The notes under the pieces were generated by a model that had not been told where the DNA came from, searched no databases, and saw nothing but the letters and a program-made list of their open reading frames with translations. The position numbers and the translations under genes were made by a program. From Fibrobacteria bacterium (GTDB lineage: Bacteria; Fibrobacterota; Fibrobacteria; UBA11236), in the NCBI GenBank assembly GCA_043745805.1, contig JAYTSD010000008.1, forward strand, positions 1-64,000: a DNA stretch of 64,000 bases, written 5' to 3'. How positions within the stretch are numbered: position 1 is the first letter of the stretch; the number at the start of each line of letters is the position of its first letter. Positions 42,383 through 52,135 of the stretch are shown piece by piece.

Positions 42383-43984
42383 TTAATACTTAAATCCTGA
42401 AACAGCTTGTCCTAATTCACCGGCAAGATTATCTAATTGCTGAATGCTTTCTTGAATAGTTTTTGCACCTATAGAAGTATTTTTGGCCAGATTACTAACC
42501 GAAATAAAACTACCGGAAACTTCTTCAATCCAATTCGACGTGCTGCGTAAATTTTCATTCATAATATGTGAGGATTGATTTACCGAATTTAAATTAATTG
42601 AAACTTCATTCACCGTAGAGCTTTGTTCATGTACCGCTGCCGCAATGATACTGGCAATACTATTTACCTGTTCAATAATGCCGGCTATTTCTTGAATCGC
42701 CATCACGGATTCCGATGTATTGTCCCTAATGAGTTGAATAGTTTTTCCAATTTCATTAGTCGCTTCAGTAGTTTGCTTGGATAATTCTTTAACCTCCTTC
42801 GCAACCACGGCAAAGCCCAATCCAAATTCACCTGCACGAGTAGCTTCAATTGTTGCATTAAGCGCGAGTAAATTTGTGCGATTAGCAATGCCGGAAATAA
42901 CTCCCAGCACCTTACCTATTTCTTCGCCGGCTTTTTCTAAACGACTTACCAGTTTTTGAGCTTGCTGCGCTTTATCATTTGCCAAAGAAGCAATTTGGGA
43001 TTCTTTTTGACAATTTTCCGAAACTTCATTCATGGAAGCATTCACTTGAGTGAGTGAATTAGTAATGATATCAACGTTTTGAAATATTTTTTCAACACTT
43101 CCACTGACTTCGCGCATTTTAGTTGTGGCTTCACCTGCTGAAGCAGATACTTGCGTCGCTGACTCCGACATTTTCTCAGAATCTGAAACCATTCTACTGG
43201 AGTTTTCCGATAATAAACTGGAGGCACTAGTTAAAGTTGTAGTTTGTTTTGCCACCAAACTAATAATGCCTTGTAACTTAGCCAATACACTGTCGAATAG
43301 ACGCGCCATGATTCCGACTTCATTTCCAGAAGTCATGCCAATGCGTTTACGCAAATCACCTTCCCCTTGGGCAATATCTTCTAATTGCCGACTAACCTGA
43401 CCCAAAGGACGTATGACAATACTTTTTAATACTAAAACTAATGAACCTGCTATTAATATATTTAGTAATAGTGCAAATCCAGCGCAAAAATAAATTAATT
43501 GGCGAACTTGTTTTTTGGTTTGCGTTTCCATTTCCGAAATTTTTGTTTGTAAAATTTTTTCGGATAAGCCTAAAGTCAAAAATGCTAATGGAGCGCCTTC
43601 ACCAAAGGCTACTGGCATTTTAAATTTTATAAGTGAAGCCGTATCTACAGTTGAATCGGATTTTTTAGTAAACACATCTTTATCCGCTACATTGCGAATG
43701 GAAACATATACCGCTTCGGGATCAGTAAATAATTCGGTGGCAAACCCATTTAAGGCAAATTGGTCATCGGTAACCACGGCTTGAAATGATATTTTTGCTA
43801 AAAAACTACCCAATAAATTTCCTTTTTTATCTAAAGCTTCGCGCAAAAGTCCTGCTTCGCGATAGTTGGCTGAAAGCATTTGTTTTTTCATTTGTTTGAT
43901 GGAAAATATCGCAGAAAAAATAATGATAGTACTCAAAATTCCTGTACTAATTAATAAAAAACTGGCCGATAATTTAAGCTTCAT
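42383..43984 (-). CDS. Methyl-accepting chemotaxis protein with short periplasmic domain
   Basis: TM, ~130 aa domain, TM, HAMP (GEGDLRKR), [27 protein letters not shown]. Confidence 0.93.
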   Translation of the reverse strand: MKLKLSASFLLISTGILSTIIIFSAIFSIKQMKKQMLSANYREAGLLREALDKKGNLLGSFLAKISFQAVVTDDQFALNGFATELFTDPEAVYVSIRNVADKDVFTKKSDSTVDTASLIKFKMPVAFGEGAPLAFLTLGLSEKILQTKISEMETQTKKQVRQLIYFCAGFALLLNILIAGSLVLVLKSIVIRPLGQVSRQLEDIAQGEGDLRKRIGMTSGNEVGIMARLFDSVLAKLQGIISLVAKQTTTLTSASSLLSENSSRMVSDSEKMSESATQVSASAGEATTKMREVSGSVEKIFQNVDIITNSLTQVNASMNEVSENCQKESQIASLANDKAQQAQKLVSRLEKAGEEIGKVLGVISGIANRTNLLALNATIEATRAGEFGLGFAVVAKEVKELSKQTTEATNEIGKTIQLIRDNTSESVMAIQEIAGIIEQVNSIASIIAAAVHEQSSTVNEVSINLNSVNQSSHIMNENLRSTSNWIEEVSGSFISVSNLAKNTSIGAKTIQESIQQLDNLAGELGQAVSGFKY

Positions 43985-44040
43985 AAAGCAAGTAACTCCT
44001 ATAAACGCTCATTCATGTTTGCAAAGACGATCACATTTTG

Positions 44041-44076
44041 AATTGGCACCTTCGCGGAAAAACGAGAGTGCCAATT
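44041..44076. terminator. Intercistronic hairpin between periplasmic-protein gene and MCP
   Basis: AATTGGCAC-N18-GTGCCAATT. Confidence 0.55.
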
Positions 44077-44092
44077 TATTATACAGGATGGA

Positions 44093-44506
44093 TTATTTTA
44101 TATCCAATGCTTTCACACTAGCATCCACTTCTGCTTTATCCACATAGCCTATCGCTCCAGGAATAGCCGCTACCATGGCTTTTACCGCCTTGGAATTTTG
44201 CTGCATCATAGGAGGCACACCGTTACCTTTAACCTTTTGTTCCACCCAAAACTGCTTATAATCCGCAATACTTTGGCCCAAAACATCTTTGGCAAATTCT
44301 ACTTTAGCCGCATTATCATCGGATAAATTAATAGGTGTAACTTTTTTACCATCAAAGTCGGTTAGCTTGCCGGTAAAGAGGCGTTTTAACTCTGTTTTAG
44401 AAATAGCACTTGCTCCCGTGGAGGAATTTGCAATGACCACAAAATCCCCTGCAAAAGCCGATACGCTTACAAGGAGTGCTGCTGAAATGATATTTAGTTT
44501 TTTCAT
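44093..44506 (-). CDS. Small single-domain periplasmic protein (PstS/PBP-like)
   Basis: Signal peptide; VVIAN, ELKRLFTGK, VAAIPGAIGYV; about half the size of a true substrate-binding protein. Confidence 0.8.
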   Translation of the reverse strand: MKKLNIISAALLVSVSAFAGDFVVIANSSTGASAISKTELKRLFTGKLTDFDGKKVTPINLSDDNAAKVEFAKDVLGQSIADYKQFWVEQKVKGNGVPPMMQQNSKAVKAMVAAIPGAIGYVDKAEVDASVKALDIK

Positions 44507-44526
44507 TTGTTTATTCCCCTTTCTAA

Positions 44527-45927
44527 TTAAAATGCTATGGCGAATTGGCCGCTAAAGGAACTAATGTCTAAGTCAGAGTCTGAATATTTGTTAGTTGAAT
44601 ATGGAAGTAAAGGCGCTGCATCAAGCTTTTTTATTTTTGCCATACTATATTCGAACTTCACATATAAATTTCCATATAATCCAACATTTACACCACCAAT
44701 AAAGGAGTCAAAGCCTTCCATCGGTAAATAGCCTAGGTCATGTGAGGCTCCACTATTTTTAATATTTTCCCATGAAATAGATTCATACATGAAGTAAGGT
44801 GTAACTGAAAGCCATTCTTTTGCAGGTAACTTATAACCAACAATACCATAATAACCAAGATATTTGGATTCTGCATCATTCATTAATTCATTTTTTGTGG
44901 TACGTTGATTAAATTCTGCCTGGATGAAAGCGCCTTGATAATCCAAACGTAAATCGACTCCTAAAGCAAGATGTCGATCTTGTATAGTTGCTTCATTGTC
45001 AAAAATATTTTTATCGTCTCCGGGAGGTAACATTAAATAATTTCCGTATTTAATCCCATTGAAACCTGTTGAGTCAAAAAAGTTTGTTATTGCTGTCGTC
45101 CTTTCACCCACAATGGTAAATGGCGATTTGCGTGAAATCCCACTATATCCTGAAAGCCCAATCTTTGTTTTAACCGGTAAATCAAGCTTTAACCCAACAT
45201 GGCTTCCTCCTGAAAGAAAGCTGGCATCTTTTACCACATTGCCTTCTGGATCTGATCCAGTACTTACATAAACGGAGTAATCATAGTCATTGTCTCCAAA
45301 AAAACCATTTCCAAAAACCGTTATTCCCTCTTGTCTTACTGGAAAAATTGGAATAAGTGTGGTTTGATAAGGTTGTTTAATCGGTAAAATAACTGGTGAA
45401 CCATGATCCACATTCCAAATTCCAGCCGGTGTAATAAATCGACCTATTCTGAAATTCACATATTGATCGAGCATCACTTCAAAATAAGCTCGATTAATTT
45501 GGGGAAGTCCAATTTTTGATTCTGCTTTTGCCTTGAAAGCAGTATCAACTCTTGTTGCAGTTACTCCCCCGAGAGTTAATCCAGCCTTTACCGTAGCTGG
45601 AAGCTGATCGTAACCAGCTAAATGCGTGACAATAATTCTCTGGTCAACAGCATCACTTAAGGTTTTATTATCTGCAAATCCCATTTCTAATAAAGCACGT
45701 GTTTTGCTATTTGGCTTCCAATCACTATAAATATTAAAGTGATTTAAGCCATAATGAAAATCATCTGTAACAAAATTGTACAGAAAGCTATTTTTTTTAA
45801 TCGTTGATTGTGAAAAACTTGCATCCGCAAACCCATATACATTAAAACTACTTTCTTCTGCGCTAGCCTGCTGTATTCCTAACAGTCCCAAGCTCAAGGT
45901 TAAAGTGGCAATTCCCATTCTATTCAT
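44527..45927 (-). CDS. Outer-membrane porin-like beta-barrel
   Basis: Signal peptide; FNVYGFAD; RIGRFITPAGIWNVDH; C-terminal GQFAIAF (terminal Phe BAM signal). Confidence 0.85.
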   Translation of the reverse strand: MNRMGIATLTLSLGLLGIQQASAEESSFNVYGFADASFSQSTIKKNSFLYNFVTDDFHYGLNHFNIYSDWKPNSKTRALLEMGFADNKTLSDAVDQRIIVTHLAGYDQLPATVKAGLTLGGVTATRVDTAFKAKAESKIGLPQINRAYFEVMLDQYVNFRIGRFITPAGIWNVDHGSPVILPIKQPYQTTLIPIFPVRQEGITVFGNGFFGDNDYDYSVYVSTGSDPEGNVVKDASFLSGGSHVGLKLDLPVKTKIGLSGYSGISRKSPFTIVGERTTAITNFFDSTGFNGIKYGNYLMLPPGDDKNIFDNEATIQDRHLALGVDLRLDYQGAFIQAEFNQRTTKNELMNDAESKYLGYYGIVGYKLPAKEWLSVTPYFMYESISWENIKNSGASHDLGYLPMEGFDSFIGGVNVGLYGNLYVKFEYSMAKIKKLDAAPLLPYSTNKYSDSDLDISSFSGQFAIAF

Positions 45928-46004
45928 CTATCTACTCCGTGGTTTAGTGGATGGCTTATTATATCATGTGTTACAATAGTTGCAACAAATATTTTAATTT
46001 TTAA

Positions 46005-46037
46005 CAATTTATAACAGAAACAAATCAATTTATAACA
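46005..46037. promoter_or_regulatory. 12-bp direct repeat with 21-bp period upstream of the porin operon
   Basis: CAATTTATAACA at 46005-46016 and 46026-46037. Confidence 0.55.
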
Positions 46038-46070
46038 AAAAAAACAACTATCAAAATGACAGTTGTTTTT
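46037..46070 (-). terminator. Intrinsic terminator after the upstream OMP gene
   Basis: AAAAACAACT-ATCAAAATGAC-AGTTGTTTTT with an 8-U tract on the minus strand. Confidence 0.65.
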
Positions 46071-46108
46071 ACTTAAACAAGTATTTAAAGTGAACTATAT
46101 TTTTATAG

Positions 46109-47164
46109 TTACCGTATCACACCGGTCAATCGACCGGCTAAGCCAATATCCATAAAGTCGGCATGCGTAGCATCCGAAAATAATCCGCCTTCGAAAATAG
46201 CACGTCCAAACAATGTTTTTTTACCATATAAATTAAAAAATACCGGCTTATCTTTTTTGTCAACTTGTCGATTAGGATCAAATTCAAATTCAATAGCTGC
46301 GGCATCTAATAATTTCCAGAAAGGAAAAGTAATACCAAACATAGTCGGAATCTGATCGTCTTGAATATTTGCTTGCTGAATTAAACCCGATTCTATATAG
46401 GCGATGCAATTGGTCGTGATCACATAATTCGCTCCAAAATCGAATCGATTTAAAATATTTTCATTTTCATAATAAAATTTATCGAACAAATTTGATTTAT
46501 AAGCAATGGAGAGCTTTACGGCTTCTAAGGGATGGTATTTCACATACAGTCGAATAAAGCCACGATTCAAATTGGGATCATTGGTTCCCAACATGGCCGA
46601 AACCGACAAGTTACCCTGAGAATTAATACCTTCCACGGCATTATGTGTGGCATTGCGCCCTTTAAATTGTCCATTTTCACTTTGATCTACATAATTTCCA
46701 AAATGTTCGGAATTAGTTTCCTTGGTTTCAAAACGCCCTACCCTTAAGGATAAAAGTGGCGTGGTATATTTCACCCAAGCATGATTGATTTGTACTTTGG
46801 AAACGGAACTCGATTGAGTTTTTACACTGCCTTGTCCTAAGGTATCAAAGGTAATTCCGGTTAAGGAAGCATAACCAAACCCTTCGGGGTAAATACGAAT
46901 ATTAAATTTGGATTCCCATTCACTATCATGGGTTTCGGCTCCAATATTTAACCTTCCCCATAAAGCATCTAAATTGTTACCCCATTTATCGGTGTAAATA
47001 GATTTTTCGCCTTGCATTTCAATATTACTTTTCCATTGTAAGTCATCTTCAGAAAAAGCCTTTCCCCCTAAGAGCAATGGAAAAATAGCAAGGCATATTT
47101 TAAGCCAAGACTTTTTTGCTGTGGTAAAAAATAGAGTAACAAATAGGGCTGGAACAAATCGCAT
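46109..47164 (-). CDS. Putative outer-membrane beta-barrel protein
   Basis: GGAGG RBS before ATG 47164; signal-like N-terminus; INHAWVKY..LRVGRF porin-like strands. Confidence 0.7.
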   Translation of the reverse strand: MRFVPALFVTLFFTTAKKSWLKICLAIFPLLLGGKAFSEDDLQWKSNIEMQGEKSIYTDKWGNNLDALWGRLNIGAETHDSEWESKFNIRIYPEGFGYASLTGITFDTLGQGSVKTQSSSVSKVQINHAWVKYTTPLLSLRVGRFETKETNSEHFGNYVDQSENGQFKGRNATHNAVEGINSQGNLSVSAMLGTNDPNLNRGFIRLYVKYHPLEAVKLSIAYKSNLFDKFYYENENILNRFDFGANYVITTNCIAYIESGLIQQANIQDDQIPTMFGITFPFWKLLDAAAIEFEFDPNRQVDKKDKPVFFNLYGKKTLFGRAIFEGGLFSDATHADFMDIGLAGRLTGVIR

Positions 47165-47306
47165 TAAAACCTCCACGAACTGCAAAAATTATCCTATGTA
47201 GTCCTTATTAAGTCAAGGCATGACCGCTTATGCATCGATAAAAATTCCTTAGCGGGAAATAATTACTATCAGATTTAGAGGAAGTGCTTCTTAAAGTGAA
47301 GGTAAC

Positions 47307-48185
47307 TTAAATGTTACCTTTATCAAAGCGACCAAATAGCTCATTGACTTGCAGCAGCCCGGAAAAAAAATTTTCCGATAAAGAAAGCTTGCGTAAACTC
47401 TCTCCGGCACTCGCAATATTTTCTTCAATGTCTTCCGGCAATTCAATTATAAAATTTTTATTGCGTGGCGAGGCAATGGATTTACCTGAACAAAATTTCG
47501 GATTGGAATAACTATAGAACATACGGCATGAAAAAGGGCGGGCAGCATATACTCCGCAACGCCCATCGCCTTGCAGAAAGGGGCAGCTTTGGTTTTTTAA
47601 AAAATAACGATAAAGCGCTATGTCTTCAGCTTCTTCAGTCGGCTTTTCATTTTGCAGTATTTGATGATAGATGCTTGCCCGTTGGTGTAGGGAAAATATT
47701 AAACCGGAATACTCGGGAAGCTCACGTATATGCGCATGCACAAAGAGCAATTCAAAAGGTTCCACCGAGGTTACATAATGGGAACAGCAATGCGAACATC
47801 CTTTTTGACATTGCACCGGTGACTCGCCGGTAGCCAAAAGCGCCGCGATATACTCATCATAAGCCATATAAAGTGAAGGTAAACATTCTTCTATTTTGTG
47901 AAGTATGTCATTAAAAGGAATTTCTTTTTTTGACGATACGCTATGAGTATTTATTTTTTCTTTAAGAAGTAAAGATTCACTTCTTAATTTTTCTTCGGCC
48001 AGCAATACCTTTTTATCCTTAAACTCAAATTTTGGACCGTTCATTTCAGGCCGTGTGAGCCTATTCGAAACGACAGGGGGCAAAGGCGATGATTCTGCAA
48101 TAGAGGCAGTAGAGGCGTATGTTTCGGGTTTTGAAAATTCAAATTTAATGCTTTTAGAATTATGTTGACCAATTGTGTTTCCCAC
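47307..48185 (-). CDS. YkgJ-family cysteine-cluster protein
   Basis: CQKGCSHCC, CPFL, CGVYAARPFSCR. Confidence 0.85.
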   Translation of the reverse strand: MGNTIGQHNSKSIKFEFSKPETYASTASIAESSPLPPVVSNRLTRPEMNGPKFEFKDKKVLLAEEKLRSESLLLKEKINTHSVSSKKEIPFNDILHKIEECLPSLYMAYDEYIAALLATGESPVQCQKGCSHCCSHYVTSVEPFELLFVHAHIRELPEYSGLIFSLHQRASIYHQILQNEKPTEEAEDIALYRYFLKNQSCPFLQGDGRCGVYAARPFSCRMFYSYSNPKFCSGKSIASPRNKNFIIELPEDIEENIASAGESLRKLSLSENFFSGLLQVNELFGRFDKGNI

Positions 48186-48218
48186 CCCTAGAATCTAGGA
48201 AAAGTAATGGAGTGTGCG

Positions 48219-49583
48219 ATGCAGAAACTATCATCATCTTGGAGAAATGGGTTCTTTTTAATCCTAATCGCCATAGCGGGCTGTAATGTATTTAATCCCA
48301 GTGGTGAAGGCGATGCGGGTAATTCATCGGAGGGACAATTAGCCGAAGGGGAAGCCCAATTTCGATCCTTAAATTTCAAAGGGGCTATGGAAGCCTATAA
48401 AAAAGCCATCGATAAGGATAGCACCAATGCCATGGGTTATTATGGCTATGCAAAATCAGTAATGCAATATTATCAAATTAATGCGGCGTCCATGTTGGCT
48501 CAAGTACAAGGCGTAACTGGCGCGCAAAAATCTATTCCTTTCATTGGCGAAACTGATGGACAGCTCACTTATTATTTACAAGCGGGATCAAAGGTTAGAA
48601 AAGCACTCAGCGCTTTAACATTGAGAGATACGCTTACGCAATGGTTTAATTATGCACAAAATCCTAATGCTAAAAGCACATTAAAAGATCCTTTATCCGC
48701 AAAAAGAATTGCGTTCATTAAAAATTATTTAGCCGATGCCGAAGCAGGCAAATTAGGAAACTATAAAGCGAATCAATTTCCGTTGAGTGATTTTTCCATT
48801 TCCTACTCGAAAATAATTGCGGATTATGGATTTGTGGAATTGATGTATGCTATGTCGCATATCCGTGATTTAGATGGAAACGATACTATTGACTCGCGTG
48901 ACGATTTAATGAAGAAGTTAACCTTTGGATTAGATCCTTCAAAAGGTTTAAAAATTGACAACTTTAAAGATATTCAGGCGGACTTAATTAGTAATGACAC
49001 TACTCGGCAAAATTTAAATCAACTCATTCAAAATGTATCCGCAGGTGTTAACTCAGCAAGCACGGTTATAAATCTACTAGGCATTTCATTACCCGGCAGT
49101 AGTGATTCGGGTAGCGATACACTTTCAAATAAACAACTCACTGATAAAGTAAGTGGCAATGTGGATAGCGTTATCGGGTCCTTGGGAAGTGCTATTACTT
49201 TCTATCAATTTGGCGATGGCAAAGACAATGATGGCGATGGCTGTATCGATGAAGAAATATTAGATGGTAAAGATAATGATGGCGATGGTTTTACCGATGA
49301 AGATGCACGCGTGATCAACCCTCCCCTTCCCGATAATGTGGATAATGATAATAGTGGGACCAAAGATTTATTTGACACCGACGAAGCTTTGGACCCAAGC
49401 TTTCTATTACTTTTTACTAAGCACACTGATTTTATCACCGGACCCAAATATAAAGATCAAGCCTTTCGTATACGTATTCAAGCCGATTCCCTTAAACCAG
49501 GAATAGTTTTAAGTACGCATTTAAAAGCGGAACTCGATTCAGCTAAAGCGCAAGTTGGCGGTTGCTGGAACAATTATAAATAA
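48219..49583 (+). CDS. Lipoprotein with N-terminal TPR and acidic Ca-binding-like repeats
   Basis: Lipobox IAGC; TPR-like helix pair; DGKDNDGDG repeated twice. Confidence 0.8.
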   Translation: MQKLSSSWRNGFFLILIAIAGCNVFNPSGEGDAGNSSEGQLAEGEAQFRSLNFKGAMEAYKKAIDKDSTNAMGYYGYAKSVMQYYQINAASMLAQVQGVTGAQKSIPFIGETDGQLTYYLQAGSKVRKALSALTLRDTLTQWFNYAQNPNAKSTLKDPLSAKRIAFIKNYLADAEAGKLGNYKANQFPLSDFSISYSKIIADYGFVELMYAMSHIRDLDGNDTIDSRDDLMKKLTFGLDPSKGLKIDNFKDIQADLISNDTTRQNLNQLIQNVSAGVNSASTVINLLGISLPGSSDSGSDTLSNKQLTDKVSGNVDSVIGSLGSAITFYQFGDGKDNDGDGCIDEEILDGKDNDGDGFTDEDARVINPPLPDNVDNDNSGTKDLFDTDEALDPSFLLLFTKHTDFITGPKYKDQAFRIRIQADSLKPGIVLSTHLKAELDSAKAQVGGCWNNYK

Positions 49584-49597
49584 TCAGAGGGCATCAA

Positions 49598-50824
49598 ATG
49601 AAAAATCCAAAATCTTCGCTATGCTCATTATCCTTAATGAGTTCAATGCTATTAAATCTTGCTGTGCCACAAATTATTTTTGCGGCAGGCGGTCCATTAC
49701 ATCGTACTTTAAGGCCTTTAGCGATGGGTAACGCTTTTGTAGCAGTATCCGATGATAAAGATGCCATGCATTATAACCCTGCGGGGCTTAATTTAATGGG
49801 GCGTTTAGGGAATAAGGATAAACGACCGGAAATGGCACGTTACCCCTCCGATCGTTTTGATATGCATATGGACTTTTTTGGCACAGCTTTGCCGGTTAAT
49901 GAAGCCTTTGATATTTTAAACTTTTGGGAGAAACATCAAAAAGCATTTACTAATGTAGATAGTTTAAAAAATGATCAAAATTTAAGTTCCGACTTGGCCT
50001 TATTTGATAGGCGCCCAGTTAAAATAGAAGTGATGCACGGTGGTGAGCTAGCTATGCATAATTTTGGTATGGCTTATTGGGCCGATGCGCAAATTGCACC
50101 TTATGCTGATGTGGGCGTTTTGTTACCCCAAGCCGGTGTAGAATATGTACAATTAGATGTGGTGGGACAAATTGCTGGCGCAACAAGTTATTTTAATGAT
50201 CGCTTAGCAGTGGGATTAGGCTACGTCATGGCCAAACGTGATCATATTGGAAATTGGCAAATCGCCTTGACCGATTTACAAGCCTCCAAACGCAAAGCAT
50301 TGAGTAAAGAAATTTCCGATACCTTGGATACAAAAATGAAAGGCCTTAGCGACCTAAGTACCATTGGCCATGGTGTGGACATGGGCGTACTATGGCAACA
50401 AAATCCCAATGTGCGTTTTGGTGCCGCTTGCCAAAATACTTTTATGGTACTCAATCACGATATGGTAACACCTAGGTTAACGGTTGGTGTGGATTATGCG
50501 CCTATGCTTTTACAAAATAATGGGCATTGGAAACGTAAAATTAATTTTGCCTTCGACTTAGAAGACTTATTAAATAATGAACGAAACTATAAACCCTTAA
50601 GCAAAGTAGATATGGGTGCCGAATGGGAACAAACCCTTATTCCTTGGGTGCTTAAAGGACGGCTATCGGTAGGTATGAAGGGCGGCTATGCAACAGCTGG
50701 CTTGGGAGGAAATTTATTTAGTGTTTTTTGGTATGAATTTGCCACTTGGGCGGAAGAAGGTGGCTACTATACCGGACAAATTGAAGATCGTTATTATGTA
50801 ATGAAATTTGGTATCGGCATTTAA
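49598..50824 (+). CDS. FadL/PorV/TraF-like outer-membrane beta-barrel
   Basis: RPLAMGNAFVAVSDD..AMHYNPAGL hatch motif; C-terminal strand MKFGIGI. Confidence 0.8.
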   Translation: MKNPKSSLCSLSLMSSMLLNLAVPQIIFAAGGPLHRTLRPLAMGNAFVAVSDDKDAMHYNPAGLNLMGRLGNKDKRPEMARYPSDRFDMHMDFFGTALPVNEAFDILNFWEKHQKAFTNVDSLKNDQNLSSDLALFDRRPVKIEVMHGGELAMHNFGMAYWADAQIAPYADVGVLLPQAGVEYVQLDVVGQIAGATSYFNDRLAVGLGYVMAKRDHIGNWQIALTDLQASKRKALSKEISDTLDTKMKGLSDLSTIGHGVDMGVLWQQNPNVRFGAACQNTFMVLNHDMVTPRLTVGVDYAPMLLQNNGHWKRKINFAFDLEDLLNNERNYKPLSKVDMGAEWEQTLIPWVLKGRLSVGMKGGYATAGLGGNLFSVFWYEFATWAEEGGYYTGQIEDRYYVMKFGIGI

Positions 50825-50840
50825 ATGTATTTTTTTGAGC

Positions 50841-51353
50841 ATGGATGAAATGCTCATACAAGTTACCGAAAATGATGAAATCATTGGGGCCGTGCCCCGC
50901 AAGCTTTGTCATGGAAACCCCACGCTTATTCACCGCGCGATTCACATTTTGGTATTGAATCAACAAGGCCAAATGCTTTTACAAAAGCGTTCCCAAAACA
51001 AAGACACCGAACCCGGTAAATGGGATTCTTCAGTTGGCGGGCATATTGGCTTTGGACAAAGCTATGAAGAGGCGGCTATACGCGAGGCACAAGAAGAAAT
51101 TGGGGTTACCTTGGAGTCACTGCATTTTCTCTATGACTTACGCATTCGCGATGCCTTTGAAAGTGAAAATATTAAAAGCTATCTCGCTTTTTCCGAGGGA
51201 CCATTTGTGCCTTGCCCTCATGAATTGGAGACTTTACGTTTTTGGTCCAAGGCTGAAATTTTATCTTGCTTATACGACGGCACTTTCACGCCCAGTTTTG
51301 CCATGGATTTTAAACGCTTTCTACAAACGCCATGGGCGATTAAGTTACAGTAA
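50841..51353 (+). CDS. NUDIX hydrolase (Idi-like)
   Basis: HRAIHILV, LLQKRS..KD..PGKWD, GGH..EEAAIREAQEEIG. Confidence 0.9.
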   Translation: MDEMLIQVTENDEIIGAVPRKLCHGNPTLIHRAIHILVLNQQGQMLLQKRSQNKDTEPGKWDSSVGGHIGFGQSYEEAAIREAQEEIGVTLESLHFLYDLRIRDAFESENIKSYLAFSEGPFVPCPHELETLRFWSKAEILSCLYDGTFTPSFAMDFKRFLQTPWAIKLQ

Positions 51354-51424
51354 CACAATCGTTACTTCTCAGTAAGTTATTTTAGGAAGCTACTTTAAAA
51401 AGCGAAGCGTTTCTGCCAATAAAC

Positions 51425-52090
51425 TTAGCGGGTTTGATAAAATTCCACTCGCCGATTTTGCATTCGACGTTCCGCAGTATTATTAGGAGCAATAGGTGTG
51501 CTACTTCCAAAACCAGTGGCGTGTATTCTATCGGCCTCTATACCTTTGCGTAATAAATATTCACGTATTGTTTCTGCTTGGCTCTGTGTTAATTGCATAT
51601 TTTTCTTTGGCTCCAAAACGTTATCATTATGTACTTGGATTTCCCCTTCAGCCCCAGGATTAGCTTGTAAAACCCGCGCCAAACTGTCGAGTATGGGCAT
51701 GGCTTCGGATATTAATATGGATGTCCCACGGCGAAATATAATGCCTTGTACAATGCCGTTGCGTATGGGTAATGGCTTTTCATCCGGACAGCCATCCTCA
51801 TCTTTATAAAAGTTTAAAGTTTCCGCTTCGGTAGGACATTTATCCAAGGAATCGGCAATTCCATCTTTATCCCTATCATTTTCAGGACAACCATCAAAAT
51901 CGTCGATTCCATTTTTGGTTTCCATTTCCTCAGGGCAATGGTCTAAGGCATCGGGAATACCATCATTATCGCCATCCATTAAAGCCTCGGTGCCTGTTAA
52001 TAAAGGGATGGGAGGTGTATCGGCCAACAAGGGCCGAGTCATTCCCACGATTAAAAACACCGCCCAAATCCAATTACTAAAGTTCAACAT
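51425..52090 (-). CDS. OmpA-family protein with TSP3-like repeats
   Basis: DNDGIPDALDHCP repeats; GFGSSTPIAPN..NRRVE. Confidence 0.9.
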   Translation of the reverse strand: MLNFSNWIWAVFLIVGMTRPLLADTPPIPLLTGTEALMDGDNDGIPDALDHCPEEMETKNGIDDFDGCPENDRDKDGIADSLDKCPTEAETLNFYKDEDGCPDEKPLPIRNGIVQGIIFRRGTSILISEAMPILDSLARVLQANPGAEGEIQVHNDNVLEPKKNMQLTQSQAETIREYLLRKGIEADRIHATGFGSSTPIAPNNTAERRMQNRRVEFYQTR

Positions 52091-52135
52091 GCAAATTCAC
52101 CTTAAGATATTATGCAAATATTATAGCTTTATTTC

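Noticed and set aside
44093-44506. pstS / phosphate ABC transporter
   Set aside because: Too short for a two-lobed binding protein and no pstCAB nearby.
49210-49300. Repeated GATGGC/GATAAT DNA units
   Set aside because: Explained by protein-level DGKDNDGDG repeats.
49598-50824. Conjugative element based on TraF-like similarity
   Set aside because: No relaxase, T4SS or other tra genes; context is core genome.
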